Positions 24,855-38,790 of a DNA stretch of 64,000 nucleotides are shown one piece after another. The notes beneath the pieces are model-generated. The model was not told the DNA's origin. It ran no database searches and saw only the letters and a list, made by a program, of their open reading frames with translations. Origin of the DNA: Octopus bimaculoides. Taxonomy: Eukaryota. The stretch is from positions 38,189,941-38,253,940 of the forward strand of contig NC_068994.1 of the NCBI RefSeq assembly GCF_001194135.2, written 5' to 3'. Position 1 is the stretch's first letter. The number at the start of each line of letters is the position of its first letter. A program made the translations under genes and the position numbers.

Positions 24855-25314
24855 CTCTCTCTCTCTCCTCTCTTTAAATTTCTACTCCCTTCAAAGCATA
24901 AAGAAATAAAAAATTTTTACGGAAATTAACAAACAATTATATGATTCCATATGGTCGAGTTAACAACTTTGCTGCTTCACACAAAAGAATGTCATAAAAT
25001 AACTTTCTTTGGCACACATACACGCACTCTAGGTAAAACTTATGTATGAATTATGTTATTTCCTGTTGTGTGCACACACAAAATTACTGCTCAAATCCAA
25101 TTGAAATTACCTTTTTTATTCTGTAATTCATGTTTGTGATGAGTCTATTTAAAAACCTGAACTTCAATATAAACTTGAAAGGAAGTTTTCTCAGAAATCC
25201 TGTCCTTTACCTATTGTTTCTAGCAATTTTGAGGTGATATTTGTGTGTCCTCCACCTATTTTTTCCTAAATTTCTTCCAATACCTATGTTTTCTATACAG
25301 GAGATTAGGATTTC

Positions 25315-25917
25315 GCCCAAAAAACACATTCTCAATATTTTAATTTTCTCCCTCCCCACCCCAATTTCTTCATTTTTTTTTTTTTTTTTTTACTTTTTTC
25401 CAAATCTTTTTCTTGGCAATCCATGGAGAGAACAAAAAACAGAGAGTGCAAATTTTTAAAGAATTTTCTTCCTTTTTTTCTTAAACACTAAATCTCCTTC
25501 CCAAACATCCACCCATCACCTCCCCATTTTCAAACAGATACAAACTCTCAATGTTTTACTTTGTCATTTACCTGTTGTTTCTAGCACGTCTTGTTTTCTG
25601 GTGGTGGTCTGGTATTTTTTACGTCTGCTATTTCACTACAATTCTATGCATGTGTGATACATCAGATGAAAGTGAGACATTGGGAGGTTTTAGCTTTTTG
25701 AAAACAGGTAGGTGATGGGTAGGTGAGATGGGGGAAGGGACATTGAGTGTTTCTTTCAGAAAAATTCAACTTTAAAAAAACATATATTTCCAAGATTCAT
25801 AACCTCTGTATTTTCCTACATGGATTTAAAAAAAAAAGAAATTAAAAAAAAGTTACAAATTAAGAAATTGCGGTGGGGACGGGGGAAAGTAAAATTTTGA
25901 AAATGTGATTTCTGGGC
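25315..25917. mobile_element. Foldback/MITE-like element, about 600 bp with ~220-bp diverged inverted arms
   Basis: GCCCAAAAAACACATTCTCAATATTTT..CCCTCCCCACC..AATTTCTT pairs with AAGAAATTGCGGTGGGGACGG..AAAATTTTGAAAATGTGATTTCTGGGC; CACCCATCACCT pairs with AGGTGATGGGT. Confidence 0.75.
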
Positions 25918-25931
25918 AGTACCAATGCCTT

Positions 25932-26150
25932 AAAGGCAGCGAGCTGGCAGAATCATTAGTATGCTGGGCAAAATGCTTAACAGCATTTTCTCTGCCTTTA
26001 GAATCTGAGTTCCACTTCCACCAAAGTTGATTTCGCTTTTCGTCCTTTCAGAGAGTCCATGAAGTAAGTACCAGTTGAACACTGGGGTCAATGTAATTGA
26101 CTTATCCGCTCCTCCTGAACTTGCTGGCCTTGTGCTAAAATTTGAAACAA
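25932..26150 (+). mobile_element. SINE family B, full length. Also 26860-27065, 37838-38015, 39424-39630
   Basis: AAGGCAGCGAGCTGGCAGAATCATTAG (A-box-like), CTGAGTTCCACTTCC (B-box-like), then the conserved body and CCTTGTGC..AAATTTGAAAC tail. Confidence 0.85.
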
Positions 26151-29100
26151 ATATTTTAAAGACTATTATATTACCTGTCATATTGTGGGTAACTTTGGAA
26201 GTACACTTTGAACACCATGGGGAATATCAAGCAATAAGGCATACCTAAAATCATTACAATTTAACTTTTATCAAATTACTTGGTTTTTATAGAAAAGGAT
26301 GATTACAAAATAAAATTAAATGAAACAAATTTCCCATTTGTATAACTCCTCCCATAACTACTCTGTCATTTACTCTCTTCCCTTCCCTGCTCACTTCCAA
26401 GCTTAGGGTGTGCAATTAAGTACCAGTTACGTACTGGGGTCAATCTAATCAATGTAAGGCAAACATTATAATATAATTGTCTTTAGATTTACAAGTAAGG
26501 TAAAGGCCATAGTATAGTCATCTCTCTATATATAGGTGTAGATGCGGCTGTGTGATAAGGAGCTTGCTTCCCAACTACATGTTTCCAGGTTCAGTTCCAT
26601 TCACCCAACAAACATGTGATTTTGGACTCTATCCCACACTTGGCAAATTAGATGAGTATCTGCTACCATAGCCACAAACAGATAAAAAAACTATGTGAGT
26701 GAAATTTCAAAAATGTAAACTCTAAAAATTTATCAGAGAGATCATTTAAGTTTAACTCTAGTACCTAGCAGTTGGTGACCTTCCTCTCTCTTGAAGAATT
26801 CAAGCTAAGTGTCCAGTTAAGAATAACTTCCTCACTTCCTATTCCTGTTATTATAGATGGCAAGCTGGTAGAATCATTAGCACACTGGACAAAGTGCTTA
26901 GCGCTATTTCATCTATCTTTACATTCTAAGTTTAAATTCCACTGAGTGTGATTGTGCCTATCGTCCTTTCAGGGTCAACAAAATAAGTACTGGTCAAGTA
27001 CTGGGGTCAATATAATTCACTACTCACCTTCCTCAAAATTTCAGGCCTTGAGATTAAAATAGAAAGGATTATTATAGGCCCTCTAAGTGTCATAGACACT
27101 GACCATTTCCTTTAGCTAAACAATAAAAAAAAAATGAATTATTTCAAAAAATAAGTAAATGAAAATTCTACAAGATTAATATCAATGTGTGTTTCATTGA
27201 AATTATGTTGCTCTTAATAGCCAAAGATCTGACAGTTTGAATGAGATTACACTAAAATACCTTTCACTCATTGATTAACTTTTTAATACATTAACTTTTG
27301 TTTACAAATAGCATAAAAGATTTGAATTTCTTTTTGTAATGAGTTTGAATTGTTTGTGAAATGTTATATACATTTTTTATAAATAATATTCAAGAAGTTA
27401 ATTTGAATAGGAAAGAAAAAAAAAATGCAATGAAAATATCACAACTAACTTAGTATTTGGTCAAATGTGGTTGAGTTCTGAAAAGGTTATGTGAATTCAC
27501 ACTTGAATAATAATTATTAAGAAAGTAAGGCAGCTAAAACCATTGCAACCAATATTTTTGTTGATATCTTAAGAAAGTTGAGTTTTAGAAACAGCATTCA
27601 TAGATGGGAATAAATCAATAAGTGATGCTTGGGAGTTAGATTTTTAGAAACTTTTATTGAATGCATCCTGATTAGCTAGATGTAAATCGAATAGTAATGA
27701 TGATGACGATGACGATGATGACGATGATGATGATGATGATTGTAAATTCTGAAACATATCTGATTTTCAGAGGAAAGGAATAAGTTGCTACAATAAATAA
27801 AGATTTTCTTGATTAAGGAGTACTATATGCAGCTGTTACCAGTAGGAAAGTGCTAGAAATAGAAGGTAAAGAGAGAGAGACACAGAGATAGAGTAATACC
27901 TCGAAAAGCAATAGGGATAGAGAATCTGAGAGACAAAGAGAACTATTTGCCTGAGGTCAGTTAGATAAAGATAGTTTTACTCTTAAGATAATGCCTGCAC
28001 AGCTGCTACAGATGCATTGATAGTAAGCTTATTATCATAGCTTTGAAGCAGCAATGCAAAATAGAGATGGAGCAAGTATAACGATGCATGAATTATTATA
28101 TCTTACAAAAGGCATGGACAAATTTCAAAGTGTGGTTTAGTGGGGATTTCAGCCAGCCACAATCAAATCATAATCAAAGAGACAAGAAATATATGAAAGT
28201 AGAATGTCAAACAGCTTGATGAAAATTACCTCTTCTGGTAAATGCCTAATACCAACAGAGCCTGAGATTATTTTTAGATTGTCTCTGAAATTCTAAGAGA
28301 TAACATGTGAAAGAAAAAAATATGAATTAGTGATGAATACATGATTACGGATCTGAGAAAAAGACCGTGAATAGTTGAAAATATCAGGTTGTAATTTAGA
28401 ATGAATGCTGAGAGAAATTGGTTTTCATTAAAATAACTATGGATTTCACTAGCTGCCTTGTGTAGGAATAATGAGAAATTTGTGCTCTATTGTAGATACT
28501 GGGCATTTTGAGGATAAGTAATTCTGTGGATTTATAAGGCTGAAGGAATCGTTGATTATTAATAATGAACTGATTAAATAATTATTTTCGATGAAAATGT
28601 CTTCATGGTTGTCTTATTGTAAATGTTAAATACATTAATAACTGAATGGAACAAAAATCCTACTTAAATAATACCTAGAAAATATTGGAAAATGAAAATG
28701 TTTTTGACATTATTAAATGTAATAATATTCTAGAACAGTAAACCCTTCATGGGGTAATAAGTAAAATAATACAGTCAAGTTCTCTTGCATTTAAAATTCT
28801 TGGTGCGTGTACAAATTTGACTGAGACAAAAACCTGGGTGTGTTTTTCAAAGAACAAAACTCAATATTAATGGTATTTTCTGTTATCATTAAGATTTCAT
28901 CTATTACAACATATAATACCATACTTCAGTGCCTAAAACGAAAGAACATACTGAAGAGTAGAGAGTACTCTTTAGTCTTACAGATAACAAGGCAACCTCA
29001 CTTGTGCTTGTGCCACAATAAAATGCACCCAGAACACTCTCTAAAGTGCTTAGGGAATGAGTGGTAACAGCATAGGGGTGAGAGAACCTTTAAGTTTTGC

Positions 29101-31374
29101 TGAGGATGTGACAACTTCTCTACTGATGGTGCCATGATAAAATATGCTCAGTACATAATGACCGATTGTGGGAAGGTATTCAGTAGCAGAAAAAACATGC
29201 CAAAAGAGTAAGACTTACAAATGAGATGTGGTCTGCCAACTTGTCAAGATGAGCATCAACTCCAGACAACTGACTGTGACCCTGACAATCCATCTAACTC
29301 ATACAAGCATGAAAAGTAGTTGTAAAAATTATGACATTAATGGTGGTGGTGATAGTGGTGATGGTGGTGGTGATAGTGGTGATGGTGATGGTATTGATGA
29401 CAATGATGATGATAATGACGATGAAAAGGATGATGATGATGACACAGCGACAACGACGACATTGACGATGATGATGATGGTGATGAAGATGAAGAAGAGT
29501 AAGAGTGTCTTAAATGAATATAGATTAAGAACGAAATTCTTGATATACATTTTATTTCTCATCTATGATATTTCTCATTCCACAATATTTATAAACTTGG
29601 TATATTCTAAAGATTCATGCCAATACATTAAATTATTGAAGGTAATGTAAATTGGAGGGGAAAAAAATACAGAGTAATAGTAAATCATAAAAAAAGTAGT
29701 AAGTTTAAGGTTTTCTACAAAACAAAGTTTAAGAGATAGTGAAGGTAGAGTTTTTAAAATGTGCTTAATGGAGCAGAAGTAGATTTAATGCATACTTGTG
29801 AATTCCTAGGCCATATTATTTTCTTCTCAACTTCTATAATGCACACAAAAAGAAAAGAAGAAAAAGCTCTTAAGAGCATGTTGAAATTCAACAACAGGAA
29901 CTTAGTTCCTGGGCTGGTTGTGTCATATAGAAGGACTATAGCATATGTCTATAAAAAGAAACTCATTAAATGATGTGTGTATAAAGTGATCTACTTGATT
30001 ATGATTTATTAGGTAGATTGAATTCTTATGTTCATTCATTTAACATCTGTATTGTCTGTCCTAGCATGGGTTAGAGAGGTACTGCATGAGACAACATTTT
30101 ACAACTAGATGTTTTTCCTGTTGTTATCCCCTTCTGGTTTCCCATGCAAAGGACATTTTTATTTTAATGATTATAATGCCAACAAAAAAATGTAAACATT
30201 ATATCATCATTTTGCCCAAGAAATGGAAAGCAAACCCATCGAATGTCAACAGCTGAGGAAACACACACACACACACACTCTACTCTTCTCTCTAAAGAGA
30301 CTTCCTGTTCTACCATGTAATTCTACCATACTCCCCTATGTTACTACACTTTCTAACTCAACTCTCTTCAACTGATTTTTTTTCCAATTTTCCTTCTTCT
30401 TTTGATTCTCAGGACTTTCCACCAGTTAAGTAATTTTAAAAGAATTTTTTCTATTTTTTCCTCTCTTCCATCACAAATGTTTCTACTACTATAAATGCTC
30501 AGATATTTGCTGCCTCCCCACACTGTGGACATTCCTTCTATAGACTTTGTACCAGTTGTATAACCACCCTAGACTTTTCATCAGCGTATTATCGAATAAA
30601 ATACTGGGGAAAAGTCCTAATTATCTTCCCTCACAGAACTTAAAATTTGTTTGTTATATCAGTGTTGTAATTAATATTTCACCAATATTTTTATTATTTT
30701 GCTCTTACTTTCCTCCTTTTCCTGCGCTTGCAACTTTCCTCTCTTTTTCATTTCTCAAGTTCATTTTTTTCCATTTTTCTTCCTTCTCTTTATATTCTTT
30801 ACACCTCTCCATGTGCCTCACTAGTTTTCTTCTCTCACACAACAAAACTACTTTTTTGTATCACTGTTGCAATTATTCTTTCTCCAGTTTTTCTTCTCAT
30901 TCTTCTCTCTTCACATACAGTTAAATGCACACACCAAAACCTCACATTCCTACGAATTTATGCCACTATACTTCTGCACTTGTACACCTCGACACACATA
31001 TACACACTCCAAAAACCACATACAATTTTCCCCCATTATGCAAGTCTCAAAACATGGATGCACTCCTATATATGCATGCAGACACACACATCTTTTTGGG
31101 GTTGATAAAAGAAAGTACTGGACAAATACAGAGGTTAATGTAATCAATTTCCCTCACCTCCTAAAGTTGGTTAAATTTGAAACTATTATCATCATTAAGC
31201 TCTTATAATTCAGTCAACACACTGTCTTGGATAGGTACTTTAATTTATTAACCCCAAAAAGATGGAAGGCAAAGCTAATCTCAGCAGTATTTGAACATGA
31301 AGAGCACTGCAAAGAATTTTCTCTTGCGCTGTAACAATTCTGCTAATTTGGCACCATACAAACTAACCTAGAGA

Positions 31375-31694
31375 TGTTTATCTTTTATCTTCTACTAATT
31401 CCAGTCACTGGACTACGACCATGCTGGGGCACCATTTTGACAGGTTTGATCAAACAAATTACCCCCAGTCTTTTTGCTGAACCATTCAGTTACAGGGACA
31501 TAATGAAAACAACATTATTTGTCAAGTAGAAGGTGAGGGCAAACACAAGCACAAAGACATGCACACATTTACATATACATATATATTGCCTGTGAAAGCA
31601 TAAATCTGAAAGAAGAAGCACACTCTAAGATATAGAGCAGTATATATTAAAAATGGAGAAGGACAGTAATCCTATAAACCGGCATTCCCCATTT

Positions 31695-31743
<49 letters not shown>

Positions 31744-31905
31744 AGCTTCCATACAGTTTCCATGTATCAAATTTACTTACAAGGCATTGATTAATCTGGG
31801 ATCATAGTAGAAGACACCTGCCCAAGGTGCCACACAGTGGGACTGAACCCGAAACTATGTGGTAGTGAAGCGAGCTTTTTAACCACACAGCCATGCTTGT
31901 GCCTA
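31375..31905 (-). mobile_element. SINE family A interrupted by a PLE terminal fragment (about 31585-31710) in its internal (TA)n
   Basis: 3' half at 31375-31570, head at 31735-31905; the insert carries AAGAAGCACACTCTAAGATATAGAGCAG. Confidence 0.75.
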
Positions 31906-32179
31906 CCTTCTTAACTACACAGTCATGATTGTGCATGATTCTAAAATATCCATTATTTACTAAAGTACAAATATTGTATACTTATGAATGCATAAATATA
32001 TAAAGTTAATAGATTAAGTTTCACTATAATGTCAAACATTTATGTTCAAGTTCATTTCAGTTTTATGTTTGTATCTGACTCACACAGAGAATTTTTGGAA
32101 TGTCATACCAATTTCCACTGCGCCTTAAGCCATTACAGATTGGGTGGAGTTGCTGTTTAACCCGAGGTCAGCCTTGTAG

Positions 32180-32326
32180 TGGCAGTGCATGGCTTAGTGG
32201 TTAGGGTGTTGGACTCATGATCGTAAGATTGTGATTTTGTTTCCTGGATTAGGTGGCGCATTGTGTTCTTGAGAAAAACACTTCATTTCATGTTGCTCCA
32301 GTCCACTCAGCTAACAAAAATAAGTA
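32180..32326 (+). mobile_element. SINE family C head and central domain
   Basis: TGGCTTAGTGGTTAGGGTGTTGGACTCATGATCGTAAGATTGTG...GTGTTCTTGAG.AAAACACTTCATTTCATGTTGCTCCAGTCCACTCAGCT. Confidence 0.8.
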
Positions 32327-35226
32327 CCGAAAAATCCCATGTAATTTGCACACCTGGTGATTTTCAGGATAAAATTTGTTAAAAAAAGATTCTACTCATG
32401 TAAAATTTGCACCTAAAAGTTTTCAGAATTGTTGATATAGCTAGGGGGAAAAGGTTTTCAATTTAGCTGTGTTTAGCATAATTTCACTTACTTCTGATTA
32501 GATTTTATTAAACTTTCATGAAATAAAAATGACTTCTGTTTAACAGGTATCACATTGAAAGCTATTAAATTACAAAGTGTTTGTGTTGTCATTAATAAAC
32601 TTTATTTTACATTTCTTGCCTGCAAGAGATTATGTCCGATCTTTTAGCATACTGCTGTATGTCTTCTCAAATCACAATCACAGGAAAAGTTGTTGATGAG
32701 AATTACCAACAAAAACGAAGCTGATAAATACATACAGGTGTTGCAAATTAAGTTTAATTACCAATAAACATCAGCTTGGATGACACTTTACTCAACTGAC
32801 AGAGGAAGGTGACTGATCAAGCTGATTATAATCATCATCATCATTATCATCATTTAACGTCCGCTTTCCATGCTAGCATGGGTTGGACAATTTGACTGAG
32901 GACTGGCAAACCAGATGGCCTTGCCAGGCTCCAATCTGATTTGGCAGAGTTTCTACAGCTGGATGCCCTTCCTAATGCCAACTACTCCGAGAGTGTAGTG
33001 GGTGCTTTTACTTGCCACCGGCACAAAGGCCAGTCAGGCGGTACTGGCAACAGCCACGCTCAAAATGGTGTATTTTATGTGCCACCTGCACCAGAGCCAG
33101 CCTGGCGGCACTGGCAACGACCTCGCTCGAATGCCTTTTCACGTGCCACCGGCACAAGTACCAGGAAGGCGACGCTGGTAACGATTATGCTCAAATGGTG
33201 CTATTCTTTTCTGCCTATTCTTGTTGGAACCTTTGATATGGAGTATTGGAATTTTAATCCCTTTCTCACTTATAAAATGTCAAGCAAACTTAAAAATTTG
33301 TCATTACCATTATTGTCAGTATGGGCAGAACTTATGAATCGTGTACTGCAAAGGAGAAATTAAATATGTGCGATAGGTAGAAACGCCAAGCAATGTAAAA
33401 TATGGCCCAGACTGTGTTTGCCAGTATAAACGTCAGGCTTCAAAAAGTAGTTAACCATTTAATGGTTTTAGTAAATTTATACAGAAAAAGTAAGCATTAT
33501 ACCATCCAGCATAAATAAAAGTCAACTTCATTATATTTAAGACATTATTTTGTTCTGTAAAAACCTATTCTGACATTAAATGAGTCAACCTCCGATATGA
33601 ATGTTTATGTTTTGTATGTCTTTTTCAACAAAAAAAAAAAAAATTCAAAAAATATTTTGGAAACAATCTACTCCTGTAATTTACTCACCCACTAAAGTTT
33701 ATTTTTATTTATGTGAAAACAGTGCGTAAATTACATGGATTTTTATGGTAATCCTGAGACATACTGGCGTCCTATCCAAGTGGGGAATTTATATGCCATG
33801 GAAATCAGGAAACTGGCCCATATGAGTTGGCATTACTTGCAAAAGTAACTTTACCTTCTTACTAGGTCAGCCACAAGTGAGCAGATTTAGGATCAAAAAC
33901 ATTTCCCTCCATAACTATTCTGGAGCAATATGTATTTAAGCTGGGAAATTAGCCTACAATAGCCTTTTCAGCAGGTTCAAATGAAGACCAAGCCAACTGC
34001 TGTTTATGTCTTTATAGCTGATATAGTGTTTATGAATAGGCAAAACTGTCAGAGCATTTGATAGGATACTTTGTGGTATCTGTTTCAGCCTTGTGCATTC
34101 TAAGTTCAAATCTTATCCCTTCACTAAAACATGGTGATACATCTGTCACAAGTTACAACCTACACATAGTAACAGTAATTTGATAAACTCATATGACATA
34201 GTGTCCTTAATTTGATCAAAAGATCAACTGCCAACACCACCAACAAATTTGAGCAAAGCTCACTTACCACTCCTTCCAAATCCCAATGAAATGTAAAAGT
34301 AATAAAATCAATTTGATCCTCATCACACATTACTTAATAATCCTTTGTGGTGTCAAGTATCAGTGAAGCTAGCTCGATAAATGTAGTTGTGAGTCTATAT
34401 ATATATGGTTATTTATTCATAATGTGCTGGCATCATATAAAAAGCATCTGTGCCAGTATCACAAAGAGCAGTCATGCCAGTACCTTGTAAAAAGCAACCA
34501 TGCTGCTACCACATAAAAAAAGCGTCCATGGCAGAGCCGGTGCCATGTAAAAAAGCACCCAGTACCCTCTGTAGAGTGGTTGGCATTAGGAAAGCCATTC
34601 AGCCACAAAAGAACATGTCAAAAAAGGCAACTAGAGCCTGGTGCAGCTCTTTGGCTTGCAAACTCCTGTCAAAGAGTCCAACTTATGCCAGCATGGAAAA
34701 CGGATGTTAAATGATGACAATGATGATGATGATGATGATGACACACATCGGGGCTAATCAATTATATTGACCCCCCCACCCCAGTACTCTACTAATACTT
34801 TATTTTATTACCCCAAAAGGATGAAAAGCAAAGTTGATAGAATTTGATCTCAGTTTGTAAAGAATTGGCAAAAATACTCCTAAGTATTGTGTCTCATGCA
34901 CCAATGCTTTTGCCAGTTTTCTGCCTTTGCTACTTATAGAATGATAAATAATGAACTTTGAAAATCAGATTTTCATTCAAAAGTCTCCATTCTTTCTAAG
35001 TTAACATGTATCTGGGTTTTTTTACCCAATGGTGCAACAATCCAACACATTTATCAACAGACAAGTGAAACTGTACAATATCACTTAACCTGAAATAAAC
35101 AGTAGCCAAATCTCGATCATATTACAGCCTATTGTCTAAAAAATAAGAGGCATATTAGATAAAGATGCTCTAGAATGGGTATGGATGAAATACCTTTGAT
35201 CAAATCTGTTCGATCAGGTCTACATG

Positions 35227-35366
35227 GTAAGTAGCTTGCTTATGAACCACATGGTTCCAGGTTCAGTCCCACTGCATGGCACCTTGGGCAAGTGTCTTCT
35301 ACTATAGCCTCTGGCCGACCAAAGCCTTGTGAGTGGATTTGGTAGACGGAAACTGAAAGAAGCCCG

Positions 35367-35448
<82 letters not shown>

Positions 35449-35650
35449 TTGTCCCCCACAACATCGCTTGACAACTGATGCTGGTGTGTTTACGTCCCCG
35501 TAACTTAGCAGTTCGGCAAAAGAGACCGATAGAATAAGTACTAGGCTTACAAAGAATGATAAGTCCTGAGGTCGATTTGCTCGACTAAAGGTGCTGCTCC
35601 AGCATGGCCACAGTCAAATGACTGAAACAAGTAAAAGAGTAAACAGTAAA
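35227..35650 (+). mobile_element. SINE family A, near full length, with internal (TA)n(TG)n. Other long copies: 36292-36795 (+), 47061-47490 (-), 50898-51303 (+)
   Basis: B box GGTTCAGTCCC; CORE-like GGCACCTTGGGCAAGTGTCTTCTAC; internal microsatellite; tail GAAACAAGTAAAAGAG. Confidence 0.9.
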
Positions 35651-35819
35651 GGTATAAAGCAGAGTGGAATTTGATATGACGTTCCCGAAATTCTCTGTCT
35701 CTCGTATAGAAAGGGAAAGGAAACTAAACATAAATGTTTGCCATTATACCTAAACTTAACAGAAGACTCATGGTTGTTTAAGAAGACTTTCGAAAAATAA
35801 CCTCAGACACACAAACATA

Positions 35820-35933
35820 GGCAGGTGTGCATATATACATGTATGCATATGTATATGAATGTGTGCGTGTGCGTGTGTGTTTGTATGTATGTGTGTGTGT
35901 GTGTGTATAAAACATATATAATATATGTACATG

Positions 35934-36023
<90 letters not shown>

Positions 36024-36030
36024 TATATAT
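35820..36030. repeat. (TG)/(TA)n microsatellite
   Basis: Directly visible. Confidence 0.95.
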
Positions 36031-36849
36031 ACTTAAAAGTTCTTGGAAAGTATCCTTGATGCAGTCACAATATTTTAAAAAATGATTTTCTCAAAAGCCA
36101 TTAAGTATTTAAAGACACTTTTAGAAAAGCAGAATGGCATAAACCTTTTGAAATGAAGTTTTTGTATTGTACATTAGTGCATTCGCTGTTCAGTTTTCCA
36201 AACACATGTAATATGGAGCAATCCCTTAATATATATATATATATGTGCCTATATATATAATACTGTGCCTATATATATGATATATGTATATAGGTGCAGG
36301 AGTAGATATGTGGTAAGTAGCTTGCTTACCAACCACATGGTTCTGGGTTCAGTCCCACTGTGTGGCACCTTGGACAAGTGTCTTCTGCTATAGCCTCGGG
36401 CTGACCAAAGCCTTGTGAGTGGATTTGGTAGATGGAAACTGAAAGAAGCCCTTCGTATATGTATGTGTGTGTGTGTTTGTGTGTCTATGTTTGCCCCCAG
36501 CACCACTGCTNNNNNNNNNNTTGTGAGTGGATTTGGTAGATGGAAACTGAAAGAAGCCCTTCGTATATGTATGTGTGTGTGTGTTTGTGTGTCTATGTTT
36601 GCCCCCAGCACCACTGCTTGCCAACCGATGTCGGTGTGTCTACGTCCCCACAACTTAGCAGTTTGGCAAAAGAGACCAATAGAATAAGTACTAGGCTTAC
36701 AAAGAATAAGTTGTGGGGTTGATTTATTCGACTAAAGATGATGCTCCAGCATGGCTGCAATCAGATGACTGAAACAAATAAAAGAGTAAAGAAAGTTTAT
36801 GCATATATAGATATATTGAAAATGCAATGAATAATAAAAGAATAAAAGA

Positions 36850-37430
36850 GACAACACAGGAGGAATAAGGTTTTGCAAATACTTTATTAACATAACATTT
36901 CGGACATTAGGCCTTCATCAGAAAGAAGAAGGAAACGCCTGTGAGAAAAAATTTTAAAAACGATGAGTAATTAGAAATCAGGTAGGAATGCAGTTTAATG
37001 GGGATGAATTTAGAGGAAGGAAAAATTGGATGAGTATGTGCAACTGTGGGAGTATATCAATGTTTAGGGAGAAGGGGTGTGGTGGTTTTTTTTGAAGTTT
37101 CTGTATGCGTGTAGAATTATGCAAGTGCAGAAGTATAATGGCATTGGTTAGTAAGGTTCAGAAATGTTAATATATCTATGTAGTGTGTAACCATTGTGTG
37201 TGAGGAAAGTTTGGATATTTGGAGGTGGGAACAAATGAGAGTGTATGATAAGAGAAAAGGGCAAGAAGAAAGTGGAGGGTGTGATAGATGTTTGTGCAAG
37301 GGAATGGGTGTGAGATGCTGTTTCATGGAAGGAAAATATGAACAAAAAGAAATGAAAGTGAGAGAAAAGGTGTGAGTTCAGGGAAAGAAAAGGAGGCAGA
37401 GAAAAATTAATTACAATACACAACAATGGA
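36850..37430 (-). mobile_element. Probable PLE 3' UTR and terminal repeat with a decayed hammerhead
   Basis: Minus strand CTGATGA-A-GGCCTAATGTCC-GAAATGTT..AATAAA at 36921-36883. Confidence 0.5.
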
Positions 37431-37511
37431 AGATAAAAGAGAAAAAGAGAGATAGATAGAAAGTGAGAGAAAAATTACAAGTAATTTAGATATACATAGA
37501 CACACACATTT

Positions 37512-37559
<48 letters not shown>

Positions 37560-38024
37560 CTATCTATATACATATAGACAAGTCATATGCCTATATATAT
37601 AAACAAAAATGGATGAAAATGCATAATAAAGTTAAAATGTTATCTTTTCTTAAAAGAACTTTTTTCTAAAAAGATTACAACAATTGTTTTAACTTTACTG
37701 AATGAACATTTTCATCCATTTTTGTTTTGTTTTGTTTATAGACTACAATTTGTATGGAAATATTTAATTGCTTTCAGTATATATGTGTGTGTGTGTGTGT
37801 ATGTGTGTGTGTGTGTGTATGTGTGTGTATGTGTGTAAGGCGGTGAGCTGCCAAAACCCTTAGCACACCAGACAAAATGCTTAGTGGCATTTTTGCTTGT
37901 CTTTACATTCTGGGTTGAAATTGTGCTGATGTTGACATTTTACCTTTCATCCTTTCAAAGTCTATGAAATAAGTACCGGTTCAAGTATTGGAGTCGATGC
38001 AATCGACTAACTGCATTTATTCTT

Positions 38025-38225
38025 TTTTTCTTTTTCTTTTACTTGTTTCAGTCATTTGACTGCAGCTATGCTGGAGTGCCACCGTTACTCAAACAAATCT
38101 ACCCCAGAACTTCTTTGTAAGCCTAGTACTTATTCTATTGGTCTCTTTTGCCGAACCACTAAGTTACAGAACACACCAACATCAGTTGTTAAGTGATGGC
38201 TGGGGAGACAAACACTGACACACAA

Positions 38226-38270
<45 letters not shown>

Positions 38271-38790
38271 TATATATATATATTTATGTAAGTTAGAGGT
38301 GGAGAAACCAACTAAAGGATAGTACCTATCCAATATACTGCTGACAGTGTACCCAGTTATTTATAGTCAAGTGTTAGTTATTGCATGGCAATCTTACAAT
38401 TGAGTATTATATACGGGCGAGGGTAAAAGAGCGATTTACCCATGATTTATACAGCAAATAACAAAACAGAAAGGATATAAAATCAACAGATATCAGCCAG
38501 TAAACATGCAAGTATATCTATTTATTTAATTGTATTGGATGAATCAAATACAATTGAATAAATGGACATACTTGAATGTTTACTGGCTGATATCTGTCGA
38601 TTCTATATCCTCTCCGTTTTCTTATTTGCCATATATATATATATATATATATATACCCACGATGGGCTTCTTTCAGCCTGAGGCTATAGTAGAAGGCACT
38701 TGCCCAAGGTACCACACAGTGGAACTGAAACCAGACCCATGTGGTTGGTAAGCAAGCCTCTTACCACACAGCCATTCCTGTGCCTGAGCA
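38025..38790 (-). mobile_element. SINE family A interrupted by a ~350-bp insert (38283-38630)
   Basis: 3' half at 38025-38280 and head at 38655-38790, same strand and in order. Confidence 0.8.
38454..38629. repeat. 176-bp near-perfect palindrome
   Basis: ~85-bp arms, e.g. CAGATATCAGCCAGTAAACAT / ATGTTTACTGGCTGATATCTG, with a loop of only a few nt. Confidence 0.92.

Noticed and set aside
32325-32430. pogo/Tigger-like subterminal direct repeats (CATGTAA..TTTGCAC)
   Set aside because: No matching opposite end found.
36413-36618. Exact ~98-bp direct repeat inside a SINE
   Set aside because: The two identical copies flank a 10-N gap (36511-36520); most likely an unmerged contig overlap.
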